Of a DNA stretch of 64,000 bases, positions 30,688 through 39,373 are shown piece after piece. Every line of letters begins with the position of its first letter. The first letter of the stretch is position 1. The notes beneath the pieces were generated by a model, which worked only from the letters and a program-made list of their open reading frames with translations, did not search any database and was not told where the DNA came from. The translations under genes and the position numbers were made by a program. This DNA comes from a bacterium (GTDB lineage: Bacteria > UBA8248), in the NCBI GenBank assembly GCA_963692865.2, contig OY843592.1, forward strand, positions 608,001-672,000, given 5' to 3'.

Positions 30688-32724
30688 ATGAGACTGATAG
30701 AAGAGATTGTGCTTCTCCTGCTGAACGAAGAGAGCGGATATCTCGAACAGGTGGCGGGCTGGAATCTCTCGTGCGTTCTGGCAGGCGCCGTGCTGGCGGA
30801 CCTCGACCTCGAATCCCGTATCGACACCGGCCAGGAGTTGCTTTCGGTGGAGGATGCGTCCCCTTTGGGAGACGACCTCCTCGACCCCGTGCTGGAGACC
30901 ATCGCCCGCGACCCCGAACCGCGCACCGTCGGTTACTGGATCGAGAAGATCGGCGGCGAGTCGAACGAGCTCCTGGATCACGTTTTCGAGCGGTTGGTGA
31001 GAAATAAAATCCTGGACCATGCGATCGGCGGCTTCTGGTCTCTCTCGCGAAACGTGACGAACGGGGACTCCACCACGTCCAGCAGCCGGTTGCGGGCGAC
31101 GGCGCGCCGGCGAATCGTCGATACGATCCTGGGGGACGAAATACCCGACCCCCGCGACGCCATCATCATCGGCCTCGCCAATTCCTGCGGCGCGTTCCGG
31201 TTTCTCTTGCAGCCGGAAGACTACGAGGCTTCACGCGAGCGCATCGAACTGCTGAGCATACTGGACCGCATCAGCCGCTCCGTCGCCGCCGCCGTCGTAG
31301 AGACGTCGATCCATCGCTCCATTGCGATAGCGACAAAACCCGTTCCCGACATCAGCCTGCTGAAATTGCTCCGCAAAGACGCGCTTTGGGAAGGAAACGT
31401 GGCCAGGCTGCTGGCCGACCTTTACCGCGACTACGGCCCGGTCTTCGCGCTCAAGGCTCCCTTCTCCAAAAAGAGGGTTTTCATCCTCGCGGGAAACGAG
31501 GCCAACATCTGGTTCAACCGGCAAAGCCGGATGCACATGCGCTCGAAAGAAACCATGGAGGGCATGGAGCACGTGCTCGGCGCATCGAGAAGCCTGCCGG
31601 GCATGGACGGGGCCGAACACTTCCGCATGCGCAAGGCGTTCCAGATGGCCTCCTCCCGGAACCGCCTGAACGGACGGCTCGGAGATCTGTTCGAAGAGAT
31701 ACGGCTGTCGCTTGATTCGTGGAGCGCGGGCGACGTGCTCGTCGCCAAGGACGCAAGCCGGACTCTTATGTCCGGCCAGGTGTCCCGGCTCCTGTTCAGC
31801 ATGGATTTTTCAGAATACGTAGACGACATCCACAAATACAAGAACCGCATGCTGATCACCTACGCGCAGAAGATTTTGCCGAAGTCCTTCATGCGAACGC
31901 CGCGCATGAAAGCCATCCGGCGGCGCATCGACCACGTCTATTCCATGATCAGGAATTCGCACACCCCGGCGCAGCGCGAAAACCAGCCCCGCGACCTGAT
32001 CGACGACCTGCTCAGCCTGCATGCCAGCGACCCGCAGTACTTTCCGGATACCGATACCAGGTTCATGATGATCATACCCTTCGTCGCGGCCATGTATATG
32101 GGCACCGCCGTCGGGTTCGGGCTCTTTCTGATGGCCTCCCATCCGGACATCTACCAGCGCGTGCGCAGGGAAGCCGAGGCGCTGTTCGCGAACGGAGACC
32201 CCCGGCCGGAGGACTTGACGCCGGAGGCCATGGACACCGCCCACCGGCTGATTCTCGAAACCCTCCGGCTCTACCCCAGCGTCCCCCTGCAAATGAGAAC
32301 CGTCATGAACAGCTGCATCGTGGAGGGCTACGAACTGCCCCTCGATGCCCGCGTCGTGCTGGCGTCCACCGCCGTTCATTACATGGAGGAGAACTATCCC
32401 GATCCGCGGACGTTCGACATCGACCGGTATCTTCCCGGGCGAGAGGAGCACAAGAAACACGGGGCTTTCGGGACATGGGGTTTCGGCACCCACACCTGCC
32501 TCGGCCCGAGAGTGGCGGAATATCAGATGACGATCAACCTTTTGATGATCGCCTACTATTTCGAGCTGGAAGCGATGCCCTCCTGCTACCCGGTGAAAGT
32601 CAATCCGTTCCCGACCTGCACCCCGCGCAAGAGCCTCAAGCTACGAATCAAGTCGAAGCGGCCGCTCTTCCCGAGCGATCGGGCGGTCGCCTCCGACGAT
32701 CGGGAGGTCGCCCTGCATTCCTGA
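30688..32724 (+). CDS. GPP34 (GOLPH3/Vps74-like)-cytochrome P450 fusion
   Basis: N-terminal L.EEIVLLLL.EE.G...LAGAVLADL.LE.RI...GDDLLD.VL..I (GPP34-like); C-terminal P450 with ETLR and GFGTHTCLG heme motif. Confidence 0.85.
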   Translation: MRLIEEIVLLLLNEESGYLEQVAGWNLSCVLAGAVLADLDLESRIDTGQELLSVEDASPLGDDLLDPVLETIARDPEPRTVGYWIEKIGGESNELLDHVFERLVRNKILDHAIGGFWSLSRNVTNGDSTTSSSRLRATARRRIVDTILGDEIPDPRDAIIIGLANSCGAFRFLLQPEDYEASRERIELLSILDRISRSVAAAVVETSIHRSIAIATKPVPDISLLKLLRKDALWEGNVARLLADLYRDYGPVFALKAPFSKKRVFILAGNEANIWFNRQSRMHMRSKETMEGMEHVLGASRSLPGMDGAEHFRMRKAFQMASSRNRLNGRLGDLFEEIRLSLDSWSAGDVLVAKDASRTLMSGQVSRLLFSMDFSEYVDDIHKYKNRMLITYAQKILPKSFMRTPRMKAIRRRIDHVYSMIRNSHTPAQRENQPRDLIDDLLSLHASDPQYFPDTDTRFMMIIPFVAAMYMGTAVGFGLFLMASHPDIYQRVRREAEALFANGDPRPEDLTPEAMDTAHRLILETLRLYPSVPLQMRTVMNSCIVEGYELPLDARVVLASTAVHYMEENYPDPRTFDIDRYLPGREEHKKHGAFGTWGFGTHTCLGPRVAEYQMTINLLMIAYYFELEAMPSCYPVKVNPFPTCTPRKSLKLRIKSKRPLFPSDRAVASDDREVALHS

Positions 32725-32951
32725 CTCGCGGGGCCCGCGCGGCGGCCGAAACACCGCGCAAACCGGCGGATTCGCCGTTCTTTACCGCATCAAAATTTCT
32801 TGACAACGCAAGGAGCGTTGGCGAGTATGTCAGGATAAGGCTTATCGAGATGTCGTAACCCGTATTCCGATTCGGGGAAGAGACTCGAATGAATTGCTTC
32901 GTCGAACGATTATCAGTCCGGGCCGCATCGACCCGAAAACAAGGAGCCGTC

Positions 32952-33878
32952 ATGAGATCGATTTCACACCGGAAAAACCCTCCTATTCAAACGATCTTTG
33001 CGGCCGCCGCCGCCGCGTTTCTTCTCATAGCGTTCGCGCCCGACGCGCGCGCCGCGGATTCGGGCGCGAAAGCCCAGGACCCGAAATGGTATTTCAGCCT
33101 GAGCGTGCCGGTCATGTTCATCGACGACTCGGACAGCGTCGAGAAGGGCGCCGTGCCGAGTCCCGCTGGCAAAACTGACTACACGGCGAAAGCCCTCACG
33201 GAATACGCTACGGGGTACAGGGTGAGCGGCGCGCTGGGCCGTGAATTCGGCAACGGCCTGCGCGTCGACGGCGAGGTGTTCCTCGCCAGCGCCAAGGTCG
33301 ACAAGCTGATCTACAAGGGACGCACGACGACCTTCCCTACTCAACAGGGACCAATGACTATAGATGTACCGGGCGAGAGTTCCATCCCCGTGTCCGGCTC
33401 GGCAAGCCAGATGGGCGCCATGGTGAACGTCTGGTACGATTTCAATACCGGCTCCAAATGGACGCCATACGTCGGCTTCGGCCTCGGCTTCCTCCGGGTC
33501 GATTGGGGCGACGTGAAGTATGACCGCAACGAGGTCGCGCAAGGAGCTGCCGACCAGATTGCGCGCTTACAATGCAAAGCCCTTCCCCCTGGCGTCCAGC
33601 AGGATCAGTGTCTACAAGGGGTTCAAGCAGGGGCTGCCAAACTGCCCCCGGGGACCGTGCCCGAACTCTCCGACACGGATACGGTGCTCGCCTATCAACT
33701 CGGCCTGGGGCTGGCCTACGAGTATTCCGACGCCATTACCTTTCAGGTGGGCTACCGCCTGTCGAGGTCCGGCGATCTGGAGTTCAGCGGCAAGAACACC
33801 ATGACCATGGCGACGGCCACGGCGACCACGGACATGCAGGTTCATCTCTTCGAGTTGGGCATACGCTATCGATTCTAG
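32952..33878 (+). CDS. Opa/OmpA-like 8-stranded outer-membrane beta-barrel
   Basis: Signal peptide; G.RVD.E, MVNVWYDF...WTPYVGFGLG, AYQLGLG..Y and terminal GIRYRF; AAGGAG RBS. Confidence 0.85.
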   Translation: MRSISHRKNPPIQTIFAAAAAAFLLIAFAPDARAADSGAKAQDPKWYFSLSVPVMFIDDSDSVEKGAVPSPAGKTDYTAKALTEYATGYRVSGALGREFGNGLRVDGEVFLASAKVDKLIYKGRTTTFPTQQGPMTIDVPGESSIPVSGSASQMGAMVNVWYDFNTGSKWTPYVGFGLGFLRVDWGDVKYDRNEVAQGAADQIARLQCKALPPGVQQDQCLQGVQAGAAKLPPGTVPELSDTDTVLAYQLGLGLAYEYSDAITFQVGYRLSRSGDLEFSGKNTMTMATATATTDMQVHLFELGIRYRF

Positions 33879-34010
33879 GCGTCGCGTGAACCCCGAACGC
33901 CCCGGCGGGAGGAAAGGTGGCATGGCGCGCGCTTCGATCGGTCGTCGGCCGGGCGTGAGGCCGGCCGAACTCGCAGGCGAAGCCGCAACCTTCGAACCAG
34001 GGGATGGCGG

Positions 34011-35048
34011 ATGTCGATGAAAGCCGGCCGAATCGAGCGCGACGACGCATCCTCGCTTTATCCGTTTCCGGAAGGCTGGTACTTCGTCGCCGGCCGAAAG
34101 ACGATAGAGAAGAAGAAACTGATCCAGAGAACCTGGATGGGCGAGCGAATCGTCGTCTGGTGCGACGATGAGGGCCGCATCTGCGTGGCGGAGGACTTGT
34201 GTCCGCATCTGGGTTCGGAGCTCGGCCCCGAAGTCGGCGGCATGGTGCGGGGCGGCTGCCTCGTCTGCCCCTTCCACGGGTTCGAGTTCGACGTTTCCGG
34301 ACAATGCGTCAAGACGCCCTACGCGCCGGCGCCCAGGACCGCCAGGCTTAAAACTTTCGAGACGCGCGAAATCCTGGGCATCGTCTTCGCCTGGTGGGGG
34401 GTCGATGGACGCCCGCCGCAATGGCGCCTGCCGGAGGAGCCCGCCGGAGACGACTGGAGCGGGCTGGAGACCTGGAGCGTCCGGTTCACGGGGCATCCCC
34501 AGGAGACGACCGAGAACTCGGTGGACGACGGACACCTGCGCTACGTGCACGGCTTCGGCAGCGTGAACCGGGTCGGAACGATAGAGGTGGACGGCGCCTA
34601 CCTCAGGAGCTGTTTCGACTTCAGGAAAACCCAGGCCGTCGCCGGGATCAACATCTACACGTACGACGTTTCCGCCATCACCCACGTGCACGGGCTGGGC
34701 TATTCGTTCGTCGAGGTCCACGAGGACGGCATCGGCATGGATACCCGCCTGTGGGTGCTCGCGACGCCCATCGACGCCGAAACCGTCGAAATGACGCTGT
34801 TCAGCCAGGTGAAGCGAATACGCAGACCGAAGCGGGCGATCATCGGAATGCGCTTCCTGCCGGCGGGTCTTCGCACCAGAATCATGAACAAAATCCTCAT
34901 CACGGCCCAGAAGCGCGACGTTTTGCTGGACGTCGTCATATGGGACAGGAAACATTACGTGCCCCGCCCCCGCCTGTGCGGCTCGGACGGGGAGATCGGA
35001 GCCTTCCGGCGTTATTGCGAGCAGTTCTACCCGGAGCGGGGGTGTTGA
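34011..35048 (+). CDS. Rieske non-heme iron oxygenase, KshA/Neverland (sterol-acting) type
   Basis: CPHLG...CPFHG, ENSVDDGHLRYVH and C-terminal DVVIWDRKHY..P.L...DG.I..FRRYCEQFY. Confidence 0.85.
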   Translation: MSMKAGRIERDDASSLYPFPEGWYFVAGRKTIEKKKLIQRTWMGERIVVWCDDEGRICVAEDLCPHLGSELGPEVGGMVRGGCLVCPFHGFEFDVSGQCVKTPYAPAPRTARLKTFETREILGIVFAWWGVDGRPPQWRLPEEPAGDDWSGLETWSVRFTGHPQETTENSVDDGHLRYVHGFGSVNRVGTIEVDGAYLRSCFDFRKTQAVAGINIYTYDVSAITHVHGLGYSFVEVHEDGIGMDTRLWVLATPIDAETVEMTLFSQVKRIRRPKRAIIGMRFLPAGLRTRIMNKILITAQKRDVLLDVVIWDRKHYVPRPRLCGSDGEIGAFRRYCEQFYPERGC

Positions 35049-35575
35049 AAAAGGCCTGCTTCGAAACAGGGCGGACACTCAGGTCCCCGGACAGGCTCCT
35101 GCGCCTGTCCGGCTACGCGAGACGCAATGGTTCTGTAGGGGAGGACCCGTGTGTCCTCCCCTGAGCGCCGTTCTGGTCGTGAGCCTGATGTAGGGGTCGC
35201 ATATCATGCGACCCGCATATCGAACGGGGAGGGCCGCATGATATGTCGGACATATATGTCCGACCTACGGACCAAACCCGACCGAAGGAGGGTTGTTGAA
35301 AAAGCGTCTATGAACGAGGGTTCGGCGCGACCGACGGGAAGAAAGAGAATCACTCCCCCCTTGAGGGGGAGTCGAAAAAACCCGGGCTTGGGAGCGGGCG
35401 GTATGGAGTCTCACGCAGCGGTGGAGGTGAAGCCGGCCCGGCGCGAGCAGGCGTGATTGTTAGCGTAGGGGCCGCATATCATGCGGCCCATGGTCGGCAG
35501 GCGTAAAAGGCAGGGCCGCATGATATGCGGCCCCTACAGACCAAACCCGACCGAAGGGGGGTTGTAAAAAAGGCC
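35038..35575. repeat. Repeat mosaic R7
   Basis: Three same-orientation MITE left ends (35038, 35290, 35558), GTAG-REP doublets, ACTCCCCCCTTGAGGGGGAGTC and a repeated GACCAAACCCGACCGAAGG block. Confidence 0.82.
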
Positions 35576-35627
35576 GCCGGGAGGCGGGTTTCGCCGTAGA
35601 GAGACAGGAAGAGGGACACGCGACGCC

Positions 35628-36656
35628 ATGGAAATCGGCAAACTATCGAACGAGTTGAAGGACGCGTACGGGGGAGAGGACGTCGCCCGCCGCGTGCAGG
35701 ACTTCGAGGACTGGATCGAGCGCGCGGAGGCCGACGGCGCGGGCGGGTACGACCACACCCAGACGGTGAAGGACTACTACGACCTCTGCAGCGGGTTCAT
35801 GGTGTGGGGCTGGGGCGAATCCCTGCACTTCGCGCCCCTCTCGCCCGAGGAGAGCCTGGAGGAATCCAAGGTCCGGCATCAGCGGCTGATGATCTCCAAG
35901 CTGGAGCTGCAGCAGGGCATGGCGGTGGTCGACGTCGGTTGCGGAATCGGCGGCCCGATGCGCCGCGTCGTCCGTGAGGCGGGCGTCCGGGTCGTCGGGA
36001 TCAACATCAACAAAATCCAGCTGGAAAAGGCGAAGAGGCTGAACGCCGAGGCGGGGCTCGACCACATGATCGATTACGAGGCGTGCAGCTTCATGGACAT
36101 GAGCGCCGTCGAAGACGAGACGTTCGACCGGGGCTACGCCATCGAGTCGACGTGCCATGCGCCGGACAAGCGGCGCGCGTTCGAGGAGATATTCCGCGTG
36201 CTGAAGCCCGGCGCCCTGTTCTGGGGGCAGGAGATGTGCCTGACGGAGAAGTTCGACCCCGGCGACGACCGGCACCGGGCCCTCAAGCGCGACCTCATGC
36301 TCGGCATCGCGCTCAAGGAGGTCGCGACGTTCGCGGAAGTGAACCGCGCGCTCGAAGCGGCGGGTTTCGAGGTCGTGGAGGGGATGGACCGGGAAGTCCG
36401 GGAGGGGCCATCCACGCCGTGGTACCAACCCATGGAGAGCCGGCACGGGACGCTGGGCAACGCCCTGCGCAGGCTTCCGCAGGGCCGCAGGGCGGTCCTC
36501 GCGGGATCGAAGCTGGCCGAAGTCGTCCGGCTGTTCCCGAAGGGGTCCGCGGAAGTCGTCCGCCTCCTGGACCGGACCGCGGACGCCTACGTCGCGGGCG
36601 GCAAGACGGGCATCTTCACGCCGCTGTACTGCTTCCTGGCCCGCAAACCCCGTTAG
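35628..36656 (+). CDS. C24-sterol methyltransferase (SMT/ERG6) homologue
   Basis: YYDL...WGWGESLHFAP, VDVGCGIGGP, YAIESTCHAP, EIFRVLKPG and C-terminal GIFTPLY...RKP. Confidence 0.9.
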   Translation: MEIGKLSNELKDAYGGEDVARRVQDFEDWIERAEADGAGGYDHTQTVKDYYDLCSGFMVWGWGESLHFAPLSPEESLEESKVRHQRLMISKLELQQGMAVVDVGCGIGGPMRRVVREAGVRVVGININKIQLEKAKRLNAEAGLDHMIDYEACSFMDMSAVEDETFDRGYAIESTCHAPDKRRAFEEIFRVLKPGALFWGQEMCLTEKFDPGDDRHRALKRDLMLGIALKEVATFAEVNRALEAAGFEVVEGMDREVREGPSTPWYQPMESRHGTLGNALRRLPQGRRAVLAGSKLAEVVRLFPKGSAEVVRLLDRTADAYVAGGKTGIFTPLYCFLARKPR

Positions 36657-36750
36657 GCGCAAGCGGCCGGCGGGCGCGCCGGAGTTGCGCGGGCTTTTGG
36701 AGTTGACTCCCCTCTTGACTGTCGATTGCACACGCTGAATCACGAAACCA

Positions 36751-37792
36751 GGGCTTTTTCAACAAGCCCATATGCGACCCCCGCAAACCGCCAACGCCTC
36801 TTTCCTCACCCTGAGTAGCCGCCGAGCCGCGTATCGAAGGTCAATCGCGACCAATGCGGGAGCGATTGCCGACCAAAAAGGGGAGCGCTCCCCTCGATAG
36901 ACTCGGGCAAGCCCTTCGATACAAACGCTCCTTCCTCGGGGCTGTTGAAAAACCTGTCCCTCTCGGATCAACCACGTTTTATCCGTAGGGGCCGTTCGCG
37001 AACGGCCCTCCCCGGAGAAGAAACGGGCGCTTCACGAAGCGCCCCTACGGTCGTCTTTCAAGAGGGTATGTAGGGGCCGCATATCATGCGGCCCGCCGCC
37101 GGAAAGGCGAAAAGGCCGGGCCGCATGATATGCGGCCCCTACAATCGAAACAGCAAAATGACGCCCGGAGCCGAGCGCGCGGCTTCGGCCTGCTACCGAA
37201 GACGGAGCCGGTTCGTCATCCGGACGCTCCCGCCGCCGTCATGCGCCGGAGCGACGAACCACGAGCTTCCCTTCCGCCGGACAGCGCAACCCCTCTCTCC
37301 CAAGGGCTGTTGAAAACTTTCCTGACGGGGTACAGGCAACTCTCCCTTGTCAGGGGTCAATTTCGAGCGATGAGCGAGAAATTGCGCGCCGATGCGTTTC
37401 TCATCAATGGCTTATGCAAACGCTCGCTCCTCACTCGCGTTTGACCCCTGACGAGGGGGGGGTAGGGAGGTTGCCTTTACAGGGTTGTTGAAAAAGTCCT
37501 CCAATCGAGAGTGTTCACCGTCATTCCGGCGAAAGCCGGAATCCATTTGCTTTGCCTTTGCTTTTTTGTTTTCTGATTGGTTCCCGTCAATGACGGAGAG
37601 ATGAAAAGCCGGAGTATTGTCATTCCGCTTGAAAATGGATTCCGGCTTTCGCCGGAATGACGAATAAAACCGAACCGGCCCGAAAGGACAGGCCGCGACC
37701 TCGGACAGGCTAAAGGGCCTGTCCGCTGCGCGCGCCCTCCCCGGTTATTTGCATTCGCCAAATCTCGAAATCAGAGGTTTTTCAACAACCCC
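36751..37792. repeat. Repeat mosaic R8, including MITE-like unit 37482-37791
   Basis: MITE ends, GTAG-REPs, CCTGAGTAG...TATCGAAGG and an inverted GTCATTCCGGCGAAAGCCGGAATCC pair; the last repeat cluster in the window. Confidence 0.85.
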
Positions 37793-38036
37793 GAAAGCGC
37801 CGCCACCGCCTCATCCCGGGCAGGCGCGCGCGCCGCATCGGGGGATGCGCGGCGGGCGGTGTCGAACCCCGCCCGGAGCCGGGCGCGCTTTTCGCCCATC
37901 CGCGCCGCGCCGGGAGCGGGCCGTCTCGGGCGGGTTCCGGGGGGCGTTTCTCCGGAAGGGGCGCGCTCCCGGAGAGAGCGCGTGAGGAGCGCAGGGATTC
38001 AGGATAATGCAAATAATCATATTTTCGACAAAATTG

Positions 38037-38085
38037 GATAAATTCACGATGTTTTCCGATAAATTAACGGGGTTATTCGATAAAT
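38037..38085 (+). repeat. Three phased GATAAAT direct repeats (21-bp period)
   Basis: GATAAAT at 38037, 38058 and 38079 in an AT-rich patch. Confidence 0.6.
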
Positions 38086-38347
38086 AAAACGAGCCGTTTT
38101 CCCTCGGGAAAAGACGCCGAAACAGCGCGGCGCAGGGAGTATTCTGCCACGGCCCGAGCGCCGCGCGATGACGGCAAATGCGGGGAATTGCGGGGCGCCG
38201 CGCGCCGAAAGCGCCGGGGAGGCCATTGCAACCGTTTGATAAAAATTGTGTTATGACGAAGACGCCGAAAGACGCCGCGAAAGATACCCACGGGCCTCGT
38301 TTTGTGGTTTTATGGGGCGTCGCATTGGCGACATCGGGGAGATATAT

Positions 38348-38743
38348 ATGGAAAAGAAGGTCATCCATACGGAGAAGGCCGCATCGGGCAAGGTGCCGCT
38401 CTCCCAGGCCATCCGGGCGGGAGAGTGGCTCCACTGCTCGGGGCAGTTGCCACTGGACCCCGCGACGGGAGAGCTGGTTCCGGGCGGCGTGGCCGAACAG
38501 ACCCGCCGGGTCATCGAGAACTTGAAGGCGGTGTGCGAGGCGGGCGGAACGTCGCTCGAAAACGCCGTAAAAGTAACCATTTTCATGGAAGATCTGGCGG
38601 ATCTGGGGGAAATGAACGCCGTGTTCGAGGCGTATTTCGGAACGGAAGACCCCCCGGCGCGAACGACTTTCCAGGCGGCGAAAATCATCGCGGGCGCGAA
38701 ACTCGAAATCGAACTGCTGGCGTTCATCCCCCAGCAAGAATAG
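38348..38743 (+). CDS. RidA/YjgF family enamine deaminase
   Basis: SQAI....SGQLPLDP, VKVTIF, PARTT and EIE motifs. Confidence 0.9.
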   Translation: MEKKVIHTEKAASGKVPLSQAIRAGEWLHCSGQLPLDPATGELVPGGVAEQTRRVIENLKAVCEAGGTSLENAVKVTIFMEDLADLGEMNAVFEAYFGTEDPPARTTFQAAKIIAGAKLEIELLAFIPQQE

Positions 38744-38752
38744 GAGAACCCT

Positions 38753-39370
38753 TTGGCTACGAGAGCACCTCAAGTCGGGATACTGATGGGAAGCGCGTCG
38801 GACAAACCGGCGATGGAAGAAGCCGCGAAGGCGCTCGACGCCTTCCACATTCCCTCGGAGATGAGGATCTTATCGGCCCACCGCACGCCCGACGCCGTGC
38901 ACGAATACGTCAAAACGGCGCCGGAGCGCGGAATCCGCGTCCTGATCGCCGGCGCGGGCATGTCGGCGCACCTGGCGGGCGTCGTCGGCGCCGCGACGGA
39001 TCTGCCCGTGATAGGCGTTCCGCTCGACAGCTCCTCGCTCGGCGGCCTCGATTCGCTCCTCTCGACGGTGCAGATGCCCCCCGGCATCCCCGTGGCGACG
39101 ATGGGAATCGGCGGTCCCGGCGCCAGGAACGCGGCCCTTCACGCCACCCGGATACTCGCCTTGACCGACCCGAAACTGGCGAAGGAATACCGGCGCTTCG
39201 CGCAACAGCAGACCGAGAAGGTTCTGGCCGCCGACGCCGCGCTCCAGCAGGAAATCGCCCCGCCGCCCGCCCAGGCGCAAAAAGACAACTCGAAACAACC
39301 CAAAGACGACGCGAGAAAAAAACCCAGGCCCAAACGAAGCCGCGCCAAAAGAACGTACCGGAAAAAATAG
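38753..39370 (+). CDS. purE: N5-CAIR mutase
   Basis: MGSASD, SAHRTP, AGAGMSAHL and VQMPPGIPVAT; basic C-terminal extension. Confidence 0.93.
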   Translation: MATRAPQVGILMGSASDKPAMEEAAKALDAFHIPSEMRILSAHRTPDAVHEYVKTAPERGIRVLIAGAGMSAHLAGVVGAATDLPVIGVPLDSSSLGGLDSLLSTVQMPPGIPVATMGIGGPGARNAALHATRILALTDPKLAKEYRRFAQQQTEKVLAADAALQQEIAPPPAQAQKDNSKQPKDDARKKPRPKRSRAKRTYRKK

Positions 39371-39373
39371 ACG

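Noticed and set aside
33919-33934. Sigma54 promoter upstream of the Rieske gene
   Set aside because: TGGCA is present with GG-N10-GC spacing, but the TTGC element is missing; likely chance in GC-rich DNA.
22713-36656. Integron cassette array (co-directional genes separated by repeats)
   Set aside because: No integron integrase, no consistent attC RYYYAAC/GTTRRRY ends, and the same repeats occur beside housekeeping genes.
38006-38033. dif site (AATGCAAATAA TCATAT TTTCGACAAAA)
   Set aside because: The left arm is loosely XerC-like, but the right arm does not match the well-conserved XerD arm TTATGTTAAAT.
37811-38848. 345-aa minus ORF with a VNLS repeat
   Set aside because: Antisense to ridA/purE; the peptide repeat just reflects the 21-bp DNA repeat.
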